The notes under the pieces were generated by a model. The model ran no database searches, had not been told where the DNA came from, and saw nothing but the letters and a program-made list of their open reading frames with translations. DNA of 64,000 nucleotides from an uncultured Candidatus Actinomarina sp. (GTDB taxonomy: Bacteria; Actinomycetota; Acidimicrobiia; Actinomarinales; Actinomarinaceae). How positions within the stretch are numbered: position 1 is the first letter of the stretch; each line of letters starts with the position of its first letter. Positions 45,383 to 55,216 of this stretch are shown one piece after another. A program made the translations under genes and the position numbers. The stretch lies in contig CACHBU010000001.1 of NCBI GenBank assembly GCA_902578135.1, forward strand, positions 211,569-275,568, in the 5' to 3' direction.

Positions 45383-47997
45383 TGTTTGGTTTTACAAAAC
45401 GCCCTCTTTTTTTGATTGCATGGAAAAACTTAAAAACCTATCCCATTAGAATTTTTCTCACTACGTCTTCCATTATTCTTGGTGTCGCAGTAATAATTGC
45501 TTCAAATATATTTTCAGAAAGTAATAAATCTGCGTTCGATAACTTATTTTCAGGAATTTATGAAGGAGTTGACTTAGTTGTACAGCCGATTCAGGAAGAT
45601 TTTGCACAGGGCTTTAGTGGAGATGGAGGACAGGGTCCTATTTCTTTCGAGGTAAAAAAAATACCCGATAATAGAATTCAGGAGATTACAAACTTGCCTA
45701 GTGTAAGAGCTGCATGGGGTGAGGTTTTAGGTTTTGCACAATTCATAAAAATTGTAGATGGTGAAACAGTATTAATTTCAAATGGATTTGCTCCTACATT
45801 TGGTGCAGCATGGGATAGTAATCCATATGCACAACAGTGGTCACTTGTAGAGGGACAACCCCCAACAAACAAAAAAGAAGTTGTCATGGATGTCGTAACT
45901 GCTGAAAATCATAATTTCTTAGTCGGAGATAGGGTGACAGTTCTTGCCGGTGCGACACCTGCATCATTTACAATTGTTGGAATTGCAGAGTTTGCTAATG
46001 TTGGTGCACCAGGTGGCGCAACTTTTGCTTTATTTGAATTTAGAACTGCCCAAGCACTTCTTGATTCAAAAGGAGAAGTTGATCTTATCAATGTAGTTAT
46101 AGAAAACAATTTTGATATTAACGATGTAAAAAATGATATAACAAACCTAGATTCAGAAAATTTAAATGTAATTAACGCTCAAGAAGCTGCAGCCGAACAA
46201 GCTGATTCAATTAAGCAGGGTCTAGATTTTTTTAACACAATACTTAATGTTTTTGCAGGGATTGCAATTTTTGTTGGTGCTTTTATTATTCAAAATACCT
46301 TTAGAATACTTTTACTCCAAAGAACAAAAGAACTGTCTTTGCTTAGAGCGCTCGGCACATCCAAAAGACAGATTTATAGGTTGGTCATATCTGAGTCTTT
46401 GTTTATGTCAATAATTGGTTCAGGGCTCGGTATAGCTTTAGGTATTGGACTAGCAGTAGCAGTTAAAGAGGGGTTACAGTATTTTGAATTTGGTCTTCCT
46501 GACGGCCCTTTGGTTCTGACTACAGAAGCTGCAATCACAGGATTAATTATTGGTATTACAGTTACGATCTTTTCTTCTCTACTCCCTGCTAGAAAAGCTT
46601 CACAAGTAAGTCCAATGGAAGCAATCAGAGATAGTGTTTCAACCCCACAAAGAAAATCTTTACTTACAAGACTTTTGTTTGGCTCGATAATTTCTATTGT
46701 TGGATTTGGAGTACTGTTTGGAGTTTTGTACGACTTCTTAGATCTCCCAACCTTATCATCCTTGCAACAAGTTGGATTTGGTGCAGGTGTTATATTTATT
46801 GGAATCTCAGTTGTAACTCCGTCTATTACAAAGCCTTTTGTTTTTATATTTGATAAAATTTACAACTTATTATTTGGAATTTTAGGCAAATTAGCAACTG
46901 AAAACTCTAAAAGAACTCCAAGAAGAACTGCATCTACAGCTTCTGCTTTGATGATTGGCCTTACATTGATTTCTTTAGCAAATGTTATTACAACTTCGTT
47001 TAAGGCACAGGCAGAGTCTCTAATTAGCGAAGTTATTCTTGCAGACTATCAGGTGAGTGCAGCAAATGTTTTTGCTTCTCCAGGTATTCCAACAGGTTTG
47101 TCTGAGGAACTTTTACAGCTCGATGAAGTAACCAAGCTCTCAAGAACAAGAGCAACAGTTGTTGGATTTAACGATAGACCTTTGATTTTGGGTGCTGTTG
47201 ACGAGACTGTTTTTGATCTCGTAAAAACTGACGATGTATCAGGAGATAGAAAAGACTTTCTTGATGAGAACGCTATCGGAATATTAAAACAAACTGCGGA
47301 AAGAGAAGAGCTTTTTGTTGGAGACGAAGTTGTTTTAACAATTCCTGAAGAAGGGGAAAGAACATTTACAGTGTCTTACATATTTGACTGGACTACACAA
47401 CCTCCAGCAGAATTTTTTGTCTTACTTGAAAATAATTCTTTTTTTGCGGATGAGTCTTTAGACACAGAACTATATTTCAATGTTGATAAAAAAACTCCAG
47501 AGTTAGAAGAGAAAATTAATGCAATCGTTGATGAATATCCAGGAGTAGAAATAAGAGATGAAGATGGTCTGGTTGAAGAGGCAAACAACCAAATTCAGTT
47601 ACTTTTAAATGTAATATACGGATTCCTGTCGATATCTATTTTTGTAGCACTTTTTGGAATAACCAACACACTATCACTTTCTGTTTTTGAAAGAACAAGA
47701 GAAATAGGTCTTATGAGAGCTATAGGTACTTACAGAAAACAAATTAGAAGAATGATATTTATTGAATCATCGATAATTTCAATATTCGGAGCAGCATTAG
47801 GAACAAGTCTAGGTATATTTTTTGCTTGGAGCCTCATACAAACCCTTGCTGACGAAGGGTTCACTATGTTCGCAGTGTCTATCCCTCAGACAGCATTATG
47901 GATTGGAATTTCGATTATTGCAGGAGTAATCGCTGCAATACTTCCTGCAATTCGAGCATCCAGACAAAATATTCTTGAAGCTATCTCTTATGAGTAA
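45382..47997 (+). CDS. Double FtsX-domain ABC transporter permease (YbbP-like, about 10 TM)
   Basis: 871 aa with two FtsX-type 4-TM modules (RTKELSLLRALGTSKRQI and RTREIGLMRAIGTYRKQI), each preceded by a large extracytoplasmic domain. ATGA overlap with the ATPase gene. Confidence 0.85.
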   Translation: MFGFTKRPLFLIAWKNLKTYPIRIFLTTSSIILGVAVIIASNIFSESNKSAFDNLFSGIYEGVDLVVQPIQEDFAQGFSGDGGQGPISFEVKKIPDNRIQEITNLPSVRAAWGEVLGFAQFIKIVDGETVLISNGFAPTFGAAWDSNPYAQQWSLVEGQPPTNKKEVVMDVVTAENHNFLVGDRVTVLAGATPASFTIVGIAEFANVGAPGGATFALFEFRTAQALLDSKGEVDLINVVIENNFDINDVKNDITNLDSENLNVINAQEAAAEQADSIKQGLDFFNTILNVFAGIAIFVGAFIIQNTFRILLLQRTKELSLLRALGTSKRQIYRLVISESLFMSIIGSGLGIALGIGLAVAVKEGLQYFEFGLPDGPLVLTTEAAITGLIIGITVTIFSSLLPARKASQVSPMEAIRDSVSTPQRKSLLTRLLFGSIISIVGFGVLFGVLYDFLDLPTLSSLQQVGFGAGVIFIGISVVTPSITKPFVFIFDKIYNLLFGILGKLATENSKRTPRRTASTASALMIGLTLISLANVITTSFKAQAESLISEVILADYQVSAANVFASPGIPTGLSEELLQLDEVTKLSRTRATVVGFNDRPLILGAVDETVFDLVKTDDVSGDRKDFLDENAIGILKQTAEREELFVGDEVVLTIPEEGERTFTVSYIFDWTTQPPAEFFVLLENNSFFADESLDTELYFNVDKKTPELEEKINAIVDEYPGVEIRDEDGLVEEANNQIQLLLNVIYGFLSISIFVALFGITNTLSLSVFERTREIGLMRAIGTYRKQIRRMIFIESSIISIFGAALGTSLGIFFAWSLIQTLADEGFTMFAVSIPQTALWIGISIIAGVIAAILPAIRASRQNILEAISYE

Positions 47998-48022
47998 AAC
48001 ATACAGGACTTAAAATTATAAT

Positions 48023-49318
48023 ATGGCTCAACAAGAAATAATTAATTTGCTATCTGAGATGGTAAAAATTCCATCCATAAGTTCTGATAAAGATCATAGA
48101 GATGATGTGGATGCTTCGGCCCAATTCGTAGAAAACTTATTTGCGGACCTTGGTCTCAATACACAAGTTATAAAAGTACCAGGAGGAATGCCTGCTGTGG
48201 TCGCTCACACTGAGATTGATCCGGATAAAAAGACTGTACTTTTATATGCTCACCATGATGTTCAGCCTGTCGGAGATATAAGTTTATGGAACACTGACCC
48301 TTTTCAACCAGAAATGATTGATGGAAGACTATTTGGTAGAGGATCTGGAGATAATAAATCTGGAGTAGTGGTACATTACAACGTCATAAAACAATTAATT
48401 GATGTACTGCCTGTAAACATAAAAGTGTTTATTGAAGGTGAAGAAGAAATTGGGTCTCCAACAATGGCTTTATTCATAGAGCAAAACAGAGAGGCGCTTG
48501 AGGCAGATGTAATAATTATTGCTGATTCTGGAAATGTAAAAATTGGAGTACCAACCATTACAACAACCCTTAGAGGTTTAGTTGATGGAATTATTGAAGT
48601 TGATCAACCAATGAGGCCAATTCATTCAGGTGTTGGAGGAGGTGTTGTACCAGATGCTTTTATGGTACTTAGTAGAATCATTTCCTCGTTTCATGATGAC
48701 AAAGGAAATCTCATGATAGAAGGTTTAACTTCTACAGATATGAAAGTTACCGAACTTGAAGAGTCTTTTCTTAAAAAAATGCTTGGCTCAGATGATATTA
48801 CCCTTTTTGATACTGAAAGTATTTCAAAGAGACTCTGGTTAGAACCAGCTTTAGATGTACTTGCAATCGACGCCCCGCCAGTAAAAGAAGCTGTTAACTT
48901 AGTTATTCCAAAAGCTAGAGCAAAAGTCAGTTTAAGACTTCCACCAACAGAAGACCCAGACCATGCAATGAAAATGCTCGAGGAGCACATAATGAAAAAT
49001 ATTCCTTGGGATGCATCAGTTAAGTTTATTCCAAACTCTAAAGGCTCGGGAGTTGTGGCAGATCCAAACAAACCCTTCACTACAGAATTAGTAAATAGTT
49101 TTAACTCTACTTGGGAAAATGAAACTGCATATATAGGAGTAGGCGGATCAATTCCTTTTGCTAATGACTTTGTCAGAGAGTTTCCAAATGCAGAACTTGT
49201 TTTAATTGGAGCTGCTGATGAAGAACTAGGAAATGCTCATGCTCCAAATGAAAGCGTACAAATCGACCATATTGAGATGCTTATTGAAAGTCTTGTTAAG
49301 ACTTTGAAGAATATTTAG
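48023..49318 (+). CDS. M20 family metallopeptidase/dipeptidase
   Basis: LLYAHHDVQPVG, GRGSGDNKSG, EGEEEIGS, and a C-terminal HAPNE motif. Confidence 0.8.
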   Translation: MAQQEIINLLSEMVKIPSISSDKDHRDDVDASAQFVENLFADLGLNTQVIKVPGGMPAVVAHTEIDPDKKTVLLYAHHDVQPVGDISLWNTDPFQPEMIDGRLFGRGSGDNKSGVVVHYNVIKQLIDVLPVNIKVFIEGEEEIGSPTMALFIEQNREALEADVIIIADSGNVKIGVPTITTTLRGLVDGIIEVDQPMRPIHSGVGGGVVPDAFMVLSRIISSFHDDKGNLMIEGLTSTDMKVTELEESFLKKMLGSDDITLFDTESISKRLWLEPALDVLAIDAPPVKEAVNLVIPKARAKVSLRLPPTEDPDHAMKMLEEHIMKNIPWDASVKFIPNSKGSGVVADPNKPFTTELVNSFNSTWENETAYIGVGGSIPFANDFVREFPNAELVLIGAADEELGNAHAPNESVQIDHIEMLIESLVKTLKNI

Positions 49319-49335
49319 ACCCTAAAATTACACAA

Positions 49336-50367
49336 ATGGAAATAGGAATAGACTCCTTTGCTAAGAAGACTTTAACTAATGAAGGAGGCACTGTTGACGA
49401 TGATGCAAAGGCCATGTCGGAGCTCATTGAACGAATTGTACATGCCGATAAAGTTGGGATTGATGTTTTTGGTCTTGGGGAACACCATAGAGAAGAGTTT
49501 CTAGACTCTGCAGCTCATAATATACTCTCAGCTGCAGCATCAAAAACAGATAGTATACGATTAACTAGTGCAGTCGCAGTAATTAGTGCAATGGATCCAG
49601 TAAGATTATTTCAAAATTACTCAACATTAGATTTGATTTCTAACGGCAGAGCAGAAATAGTTGCAGGCAGAGGCTCTTTTACGGAGGCTTTTCCTTTATT
49701 TGGACTTGACTTTAGTGATTATGACGACCTCTATGCTGAAAAACTCGACCTTCTTTTGAAAATTAGAGATGAACAACAAGTTACTTGGGCCGGAAGATTT
49801 AGACCATCTTTAGAAAATCAGATTGTTTATCCGAGGCCTGTTCAAAAAAAATTACCAATATGGGTAGGTGTTGGAGGAACTCCCGCATCATTTGTGCGAG
49901 CAGGTTCCTTAGGCCTACCTCTTATGATTGCTGTAATTGGAGGTGAGACACATAGGTTTAGGCCGTTAGTTGATCTTTACTATAAAGCAGCTGAAGAGGC
50001 AGGCCATGAAAAATCTACCTTGAAAATAGGACTCCACTCACTTGGTTTTGTGGCAAACACAAAAGAAGAAGCAGTGGAAAAATACTATCCGGGTTATAGA
50101 GTATGGTTTAACCAAATTGGCAAAGAGCGCGGCTGGCCACCAGTTACTATGGAGAGATTTGAACAACAAATTGGTGACTTAGGAGCTTATGTTATTGGAG
50201 GTCCAGAAGAAGTTGCTGAGAAATTAGTACGACATAGTAAGGCTTTGGGAGGCATTTCACGCTTTACTTTTCAAATAGACAATGCTGGTCTGTCTCATGA
50301 TGACCTTCTTCAGACATTTACGCTTATCGGGCAAGAAGTAAAACCGTTAGTTCTCGAAAAGTCCTAG
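49336..50367 (+). CDS. LLM-class (luciferase-like) flavin/F420-dependent oxidoreductase
   Basis: GIDVFGLGEHH, a TIM-barrel LLM pattern and 343 aa length. Confidence 0.78.
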   Translation: MEIGIDSFAKKTLTNEGGTVDDDAKAMSELIERIVHADKVGIDVFGLGEHHREEFLDSAAHNILSAAASKTDSIRLTSAVAVISAMDPVRLFQNYSTLDLISNGRAEIVAGRGSFTEAFPLFGLDFSDYDDLYAEKLDLLLKIRDEQQVTWAGRFRPSLENQIVYPRPVQKKLPIWVGVGGTPASFVRAGSLGLPLMIAVIGGETHRFRPLVDLYYKAAEEAGHEKSTLKIGLHSLGFVANTKEEAVEKYYPGYRVWFNQIGKERGWPPVTMERFEQQIGDLGAYVIGGPEEVAEKLVRHSKALGGISRFTFQIDNAGLSHDDLLQTFTLIGQEVKPLVLEKS

Positions 50368-50368
50368 A

Positions 50369-50461
50369 TTTACACAAACTTTACACAAATTTAACAAAAT
50401 CCAGCACAAGCCCAATAAAAATTTTGTAGACTGACCATGTAATTTAGAGAAGTTAAATTAC
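50369..50461 (+). promoter_or_regulatory. Candidate control region of the 50.5-55.9 kb array: a direct repeat plus a 5' hairpin
   Basis: TTTACACAAA occurs twice with an 11-nt period (50369-50390). A possible promoter is TTAACA-17-AATAAA at 50391-50419. A hairpin GTAATTTA-gagaagt-TAAATTAC lies at 50439-50461. RBS AAAGGAG precedes the first gene. Confidence 0.35.
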
Positions 50462-50505
50462 GCCAACAAATTAATAAAAGGAGCTTATGGAAGGTAGGTT
50501 ATCAT

Positions 50506-51075
50506 ATGAAAACATTTTTTACGCAACCAATCGGTAATTTAGCAAGACAAAACGCTATTACATTTCTGGTCTTGAATCTTTTATTTGTAGCATTACAGCT
50601 ATCAGGCACAACAGCACTTGATGCACTTGAAGATTTGATAAACTTCATCTGGGGTTTCTCTCTCGCCACAATAGTTATTACTGCATATTATCTTGCTGAA
50701 GATCATGTTCCAGATTATTGGAGATCAGCACACAGCATTTTAGCTACAGTCATAATATTCGGAACATTTCTTGAAATTACTGAATTAGAGGATGGATTTC
50801 TACCAATGTACTTTTTTTGGGCATTTAATTCATTAATTTATAGCGTTACTCTCAGAGGTAATGGAGTATTTCGTCCAATTTATGAGAACATGACAATACT
50901 TGGAGCACTGTTTCTACTTATTGGAAGCTCAGCAACTTTATTTTTTGGCTTTGAGCCTTCAGATTCCTTTCAACAGTTTGGATTTATTGGATGGCTTGTT
51001 TTGATAATTGGTTTTAGTTTAGGAAATTATTTTGCCTGGGGCGATAAATCAACCACAAGCAATGAAGGGGAGTAA
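50506..51075 (+). CDS. Small polytopic membrane protein, family A member 1 (unknown function)
   Basis: 189 aa with about 5-6 hydrophobic segments. It shares the N-terminus MKTFFTQP, HVPDYWRSA and a C-terminal FAWGDK with the ORFs at 51423 and 52020. Confidence 0.7.
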   Translation: MKTFFTQPIGNLARQNAITFLVLNLLFVALQLSGTTALDALEDLINFIWGFSLATIVITAYYLAEDHVPDYWRSAHSILATVIIFGTFLEITELEDGFLPMYFFWAFNSLIYSVTLRGNGVFRPIYENMTILGALFLLIGSSATLFFGFEPSDSFQQFGFIGWLVLIIGFSLGNYFAWGDKSTTSNEGE

Positions 51076-51077
51076 AC

Positions 51078-51398
51078 ATGGCAATAACTAATTCAAGAGA
51101 ATTTACCATCAATGTTGGAAAGATAGCTGATGCAGAAAAGTGGCTTTCTGAAGGAGCAGATTTATGGAAAGAAATTACAGGCAAAGATGCTGTAATTTAC
51201 AAAGAGGGTTGGGGAGACCAATACAAGATGTTATTTGTCACTACATACGAATCAATGGGAGAGACTGAAGAAGTCGGAGAAAAAGTAATGGCTGACAAGA
51301 GAGTAACCGATTGGCTTCAAAATGGAATGACAAATGGCGATTTAATTTCTGGTGCTGTCGATCGTTTTTTTACAACAATTAAAGATACAAGGGAATAG
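51078..51398 (+). CDS. Single-domain ABM/NIPSNAP-sized soluble protein (unknown function)
   Basis: 106 aa, starting 2 nt after the previous stop with RBS GGGGAG. The pattern of alternating beta/alpha segments and the YESMGETEE motif is compatible with a ferredoxin-like ABM fold. This is my inference, not a profile hit. Confidence 0.6.
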   Translation: MAITNSREFTINVGKIADAEKWLSEGADLWKEITGKDAVIYKEGWGDQYKMLFVTTYESMGETEEVGEKVMADKRVTDWLQNGMTNGDLISGAVDRFFTTIKDTRE

Positions 51399-51422
51399 TT
51401 ATAAAGAACAGGAGTTAAATCG

Positions 51423-51980
51423 ATGAGATCATTTTTTGTACAACCAGATAAACAACAAGCTAAAGGATCTGCAGTCATGTTTATCTTTTCAGAGGTCTAC
51501 GGCTTTCTTGAGCTAGGAATAAATGGTTTAGATAAACTAATTGCGTTTTTTGGGGCAGTCGCTTTTGCTAATGTGATTTTGTTAAGTTACCAATTAGTCG
51601 AAAACAACAATGTTCCAAAAAGTTGGAAAACTGGAACAGCAATGATCGCAGCTGTGGCTTTAGGTTTTGGAATCTTTGATACAGCTTACATTGGAACGGA
51701 AGCTCCCATAAATACTGATGGAATTTACTTGTTTATATTGATAACGATAATTGGATTCAATGTTGTTGCTGAAGGCGTTGTTTCAAACATATGGAGGTAC
51801 ATGGCAATAACTGGCTCATTAGGTCTGCTTTTTTTTATAGGATCTGATTATTTCTTTGATGGCTCATTCCTTGATAATTTGCCTGAATGGGTATTTCCTA
51901 TCGGCTTAGTTTTTTATGTTTCATGGCTTCTTGGAATAGGGGTTGGAACATATACAGCTTGGAACAAGAGAGAAGATTAA
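51423..51980 (+). CDS. Small polytopic membrane protein, family A member 2
   Basis: 185 aa. MRSFFVQP, NVPKSWKTGTAMIAA, SNIWRYMAI and a C-terminal TAWNKRED. Clear paralogue of the ORF at 52020. Confidence 0.72.
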   Translation: MRSFFVQPDKQQAKGSAVMFIFSEVYGFLELGINGLDKLIAFFGAVAFANVILLSYQLVENNNVPKSWKTGTAMIAAVALGFGIFDTAYIGTEAPINTDGIYLFILITIIGFNVVAEGVVSNIWRYMAITGSLGLLFFIGSDYFFDGSFLDNLPEWVFPIGLVFYVSWLLGIGVGTYTAWNKRED

Positions 51981-52019
51981 AAAGAAAGATAATATTAGAA
52001 AAAGGAGAAAGAAAATAAA

Positions 52020-52556
52020 ATGAAAAAGTTCTTTATACAGGACGCTAAAGAAGGATCACAACAAGCAGCCTACATGTTTATAGCTATAAATGTTGTTTGG
52101 TTTGTTGGAGGCATAGCTGAACTAGATTATGGAGTTTTTGAAAATGTACTTCAATTATTCTGGTCCTTCTCACTTGTAGGAATACTTTTAGGATTGAAAG
52201 ACCTTCAAGGAGATACAGTTCCTGAAGATTGGAGACAGGGATACACAATGATTGCTGCGGCAGTGTTTGTTGCATCACTTCTTGGTGTTAATGAAGATCT
52301 AAACACTTCTGGGGTTTGGACATTTTTTGGATTTGTAATACTAGGTTTAGGTGTAACCTCTGAAGGTGTAATCGATAATATTTGGAGATATGCAGCAATC
52401 ATTGCTGGATTGTTTGGAATTGTTGGAGCAGGTAGTGAATTTATTACTGGAACTAGTATCATTGCAGACGACTCTCCATTGCAGTTTGTCGGTTTCATAA
52501 CGTTTATTGCAGGTGTTGGAATAGGTCCACTACTTGCTTGGAATAAAAAAGAGTAG
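52020..52556 (+). CDS. Small polytopic membrane protein, family A member 3
   Basis: 178 aa. MKKFFIQD, TVPEDWRQGYTMIAA, DNIWRYAAI and a C-terminal LAWNKKE. Confidence 0.72.
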   Translation: MKKFFIQDAKEGSQQAAYMFIAINVVWFVGGIAELDYGVFENVLQLFWSFSLVGILLGLKDLQGDTVPEDWRQGYTMIAAAVFVASLLGVNEDLNTSGVWTFFGFVILGLGVTSEGVIDNIWRYAAIIAGLFGIVGAGSEFITGTSIIADDSPLQFVGFITFIAGVGIGPLLAWNKKE

Positions 52557-52559
52557 TTT

Positions 52560-53201
52560 ATGTATGTAAGACTAGGATTAGCGAACCCCAAAGAGGGTAT
52601 GGCAGAAGACGCTTTAAATTACTTTAGGGACGTAGCAATACCAGTATACGATCAGGTAAGCGGACTATTAGGAGCTGCTGCTTGCATTAATAATGAAGGA
52701 CAGCTTATGGCTTGGACAACATGGGCTAATAATGAAGCTAAAGAAGCAGCTATGGCTGAATTCCAACAGAATCTTGCTGGACTTGCTGAACTGTTGAGTG
52801 AACCTCCAACTATTCTTGAGGGCCCAATGGTAGCTGGACAACAATACATTATGGTACCTAAAGATGGTGAAGAACCATTTTTTGCAAGATTTGTAATGGG
52901 TGGAGGCACACAAGAAGAAAAAACTTACGACGACATCGCTGATTTTATGACAAATACTGTTTACACAGCATATGAAAATGTGGAGGGTATTTATGCTTCT
53001 GGAGCTTGCAAAATAGATGAAAACAGTGGGTTTAGTTTTAACTTTTGGACAAGCCATGATGCCGCGCACGCGGCTTCAGAAGTAATTTCATCTGTTGTTT
53101 CAGATGCAGTCGCAAGCTTGATAAAAGAAGCTCCCAAAGAACTTACCGGTGAATGCAACGTTTGGAAAAATTATGTTGATTTTCCAGTAGGAAAAATTTA
53201 A
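52560..53201 (+). CDS. Tandem ABM-like (double ferredoxin-fold) soluble protein, family B member 1
   Basis: 213 aa, N-terminus MYVRL. Two repeats each carry a W-x-x-W-x-[SN]-x-[ED]-A type motif (MAWTTWANNEAKEA; FNFWTSHDAAHA), as in ABM domains. Linker EPPTILEGPMVAGQQY. C-terminus CNVWKNYVDFPVGK. Confidence 0.72.
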   Translation: MYVRLGLANPKEGMAEDALNYFRDVAIPVYDQVSGLLGAAACINNEGQLMAWTTWANNEAKEAAMAEFQQNLAGLAELLSEPPTILEGPMVAGQQYIMVPKDGEEPFFARFVMGGGTQEEKTYDDIADFMTNTVYTAYENVEGIYASGACKIDENSGFSFNFWTSHDAAHAASEVISSVVSDAVASLIKEAPKELTGECNVWKNYVDFPVGKI

Positions 53202-53227
53202 TACTATTGATTTGTTAAAGGAGGAAA

Positions 53228-53878
53228 ATGTATTTTAGATTAACTCAAGTCGATGTACAAGAAGGAAAAATGGATGAAACTATTGCTTACGCATCAGGTG
53301 TCATGGATTCATTTGTTGATACACCAGGACTATATCAGATTTGTATAGCTGAAATGAGTAATGGCCAAATGACTTCATGGACAACATGGGCAAGCGAAGA
53401 TGCAATGAATGCTGCAGGCCCTCAAATTCAAGAAGCTTTGGGAGGATTGGCAGATTATATTGCTGGCCCGCCAACTATTTCACATGGTCCAATGAATGCT
53501 GGGCAAATTTACCAAAACTTAATGAAGGGTGAGAGAGACGGAGAGCCTTTTGTCGCTCGACTTGGCTTTGGAGCCGAATACCAAGATGGCAAACTAGAAG
53601 AAGCAACTGATTGGGTACAGAATACTGTGTATGCTGGCTATGAAGGCACCCCAGGACTAATGGGTGCATTAGCTGCCGATGTTGGGGGTTCAGTGGTAAC
53701 AATGAGCACCTGGGAAAATCAGGAATCTTTAGATGCTTCACAAGAAAAGTTTCAAGAAATCATGGAAGATGCCATGAAATATGTAAAAAATCCTCCAACA
53801 GTTGTGACTGGTGTTTGCAACCTTTGGAGAAATAACGTGAGTTTTCCAGCAGGAAAATTATCACAGTGGAACAAATAA
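53228..53878 (+). CDS. Tandem ABM-like soluble protein, family B member 2
   Basis: 216 aa. MYFRL, SWTTWASEDAMNAA, GPPTISHGPMNAGQIY, MSTWENQESLDAS, CNLWRNNVSFPAGK. Strong RBS AAAGGAGGAAA. Confidence 0.75.
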   Translation: MYFRLTQVDVQEGKMDETIAYASGVMDSFVDTPGLYQICIAEMSNGQMTSWTTWASEDAMNAAGPQIQEALGGLADYIAGPPTISHGPMNAGQIYQNLMKGERDGEPFVARLGFGAEYQDGKLEEATDWVQNTVYAGYEGTPGLMGALAADVGGSVVTMSTWENQESLDASQEKFQEIMEDAMKYVKNPPTVVTGVCNLWRNNVSFPAGKLSQWNK

Positions 53879-53890
53879 GAAAGGAAATAT

Positions 53891-54517
53891 ATGTTAAGTA
53901 CTAAAGAAGTAGCAATTGGGTCAAGCATGGCTAGAATTTTTGTTATTGGAATAATTCCTAATTTCTTAATTCAGGCACTTGCTATTGATCCAACAGTCGT
54001 TGATTACAACGAAACATGGGGACCAGTTATCTCGACACTAAATGTGATTACTGGGTTTGCATTGTTATTTGTTTTTGCTCTAACAACTAAGTTGTTTGGA
54101 GACGACAATAATCCATATGTAAGAATTACTGGAACAATAGCTTTTGTTACTCAGTGCATTTTTGTTCAAGATGCATTTGCAGGACCCTTAGCTTCAAATA
54201 GCGACAATGCTTTTTTGACAACTAATCAAGTTTTGCAAACAACAGGAACCAATGGTCCTGTTTGGGCTCTTTTTCTTGGAATATTTACAATTACTGTTTT
54301 GCGAAGCAGTAAGGTAGATCTCTTACCAAGCTGGGGTGTTATTGCAGGATATGGAGCAGCCATTTTAGTAATGACTAATGGTTTAGGTTCAGCCTTTGGT
54401 TTAATTCCTGATGCTGCAAATTTGATTATCTTGATATTAGGCGGAGTGATACTTTACCCTGCTACAGTTTGGGCACTAGGTGTTTCATTTAGAGCATCTT
54501 TAAACACAGCAGAATAA
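53891..54517 (+). CDS. Polytopic membrane protein (divergent; possibly a distant family A member)
   Basis: 208 aa with about 6 hydrophobic segments. It is embedded between B-family genes. I see no shared motif with A1-A3, only similar size and topology. Confidence 0.62.
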   Translation: MLSTKEVAIGSSMARIFVIGIIPNFLIQALAIDPTVVDYNETWGPVISTLNVITGFALLFVFALTTKLFGDDNNPYVRITGTIAFVTQCIFVQDAFAGPLASNSDNAFLTTNQVLQTTGTNGPVWALFLGIFTITVLRSSKVDLLPSWGVIAGYGAAILVMTNGLGSAFGLIPDAANLIILILGGVILYPATVWALGVSFRASLNTAE

Positions 54518-54556
54518 GTCTGAGGAAATTATTCCGTAGAGTAAAAAATTAAAAAA

Positions 54557-55201
54557 ATGTATGCAGTAGCAGTTAGTATTTTATTTCAAGACGGGAAGCT
54601 TGATGAACTCAAAGAGTTCTTTGAAAATACAGGCTTCCCAGCTTTAGAAATTCTTAAAGGAGACTTGTATTCAATAGCCTTTTTTAATCCAAAAGACAAT
54701 GTAAACCTAGGCATTGCTTTTATGAAGGACAAAGAGACTGCAGATAAATTTGCACAAATTAGAAACGAGAACTTGATGCAAATACAAGATCTGCTTGCTA
54801 GTTTCCCAAGGGTTTATGAAGGTGAACTATTGACTGGCAAGACCCTTAAAGACTCCCTTGTTGCAGAACCAAGAGAATCTTTGTTTTTAGCATTCGCAAA
54901 GTTGGATGTAAAAAATGCTGACGAATATATGAATCTCCAAAAAGAAATTTATCTACCAAAACTAGAAAAAGATGAGGGAATTATTTCTTACGGATCAATT
55001 AAAATCGATGATAACACAATTGTTTTGTTCGAGTTTTGGACTTCACATGATGCAAAACACAGTTTCGATGAAAAACTTAATGCTGATGAAAATGTATATG
55101 AAAAATTCATGCCATTGATGGATGGATTTACAGATTACTATGGTGAACCGTTTGCCATGAGGCAATTTACCGACTTTAAAGCAGGAGAATCAATTAATTA
55201 A
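54557..55201 (+). CDS. Tandem ABM-like soluble protein, family B member 3 (most divergent)
   Basis: 214 aa. MYAVAV, SFPRVYEGELLTGKTL, LFEFWTSHDAKHSF and a C-terminal FTDFKAGES, collinear with B1, B2 and B4. Confidence 0.68.
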   Translation: MYAVAVSILFQDGKLDELKEFFENTGFPALEILKGDLYSIAFFNPKDNVNLGIAFMKDKETADKFAQIRNENLMQIQDLLASFPRVYEGELLTGKTLKDSLVAEPRESLFLAFAKLDVKNADEYMNLQKEIYLPKLEKDEGIISYGSIKIDDNTIVLFEFWTSHDAKHSFDEKLNADENVYEKFMPLMDGFTDYYGEPFAMRQFTDFKAGESIN

Positions 55202-55216
55202 AAAAGAAAGGAAATT

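Noticed and set aside
52084-53741. Minus-strand ORFs inside the nine-gene array (52084-52278, 52205-52591, 52652-52909, 52668-53069, 53475-53741).
   Set aside because: Each overlaps plus-strand genes that have paralogue support and RBSs. The antisense translations show no paralogy with one another and are low complexity, so they add no evidence of bidirectional coding.
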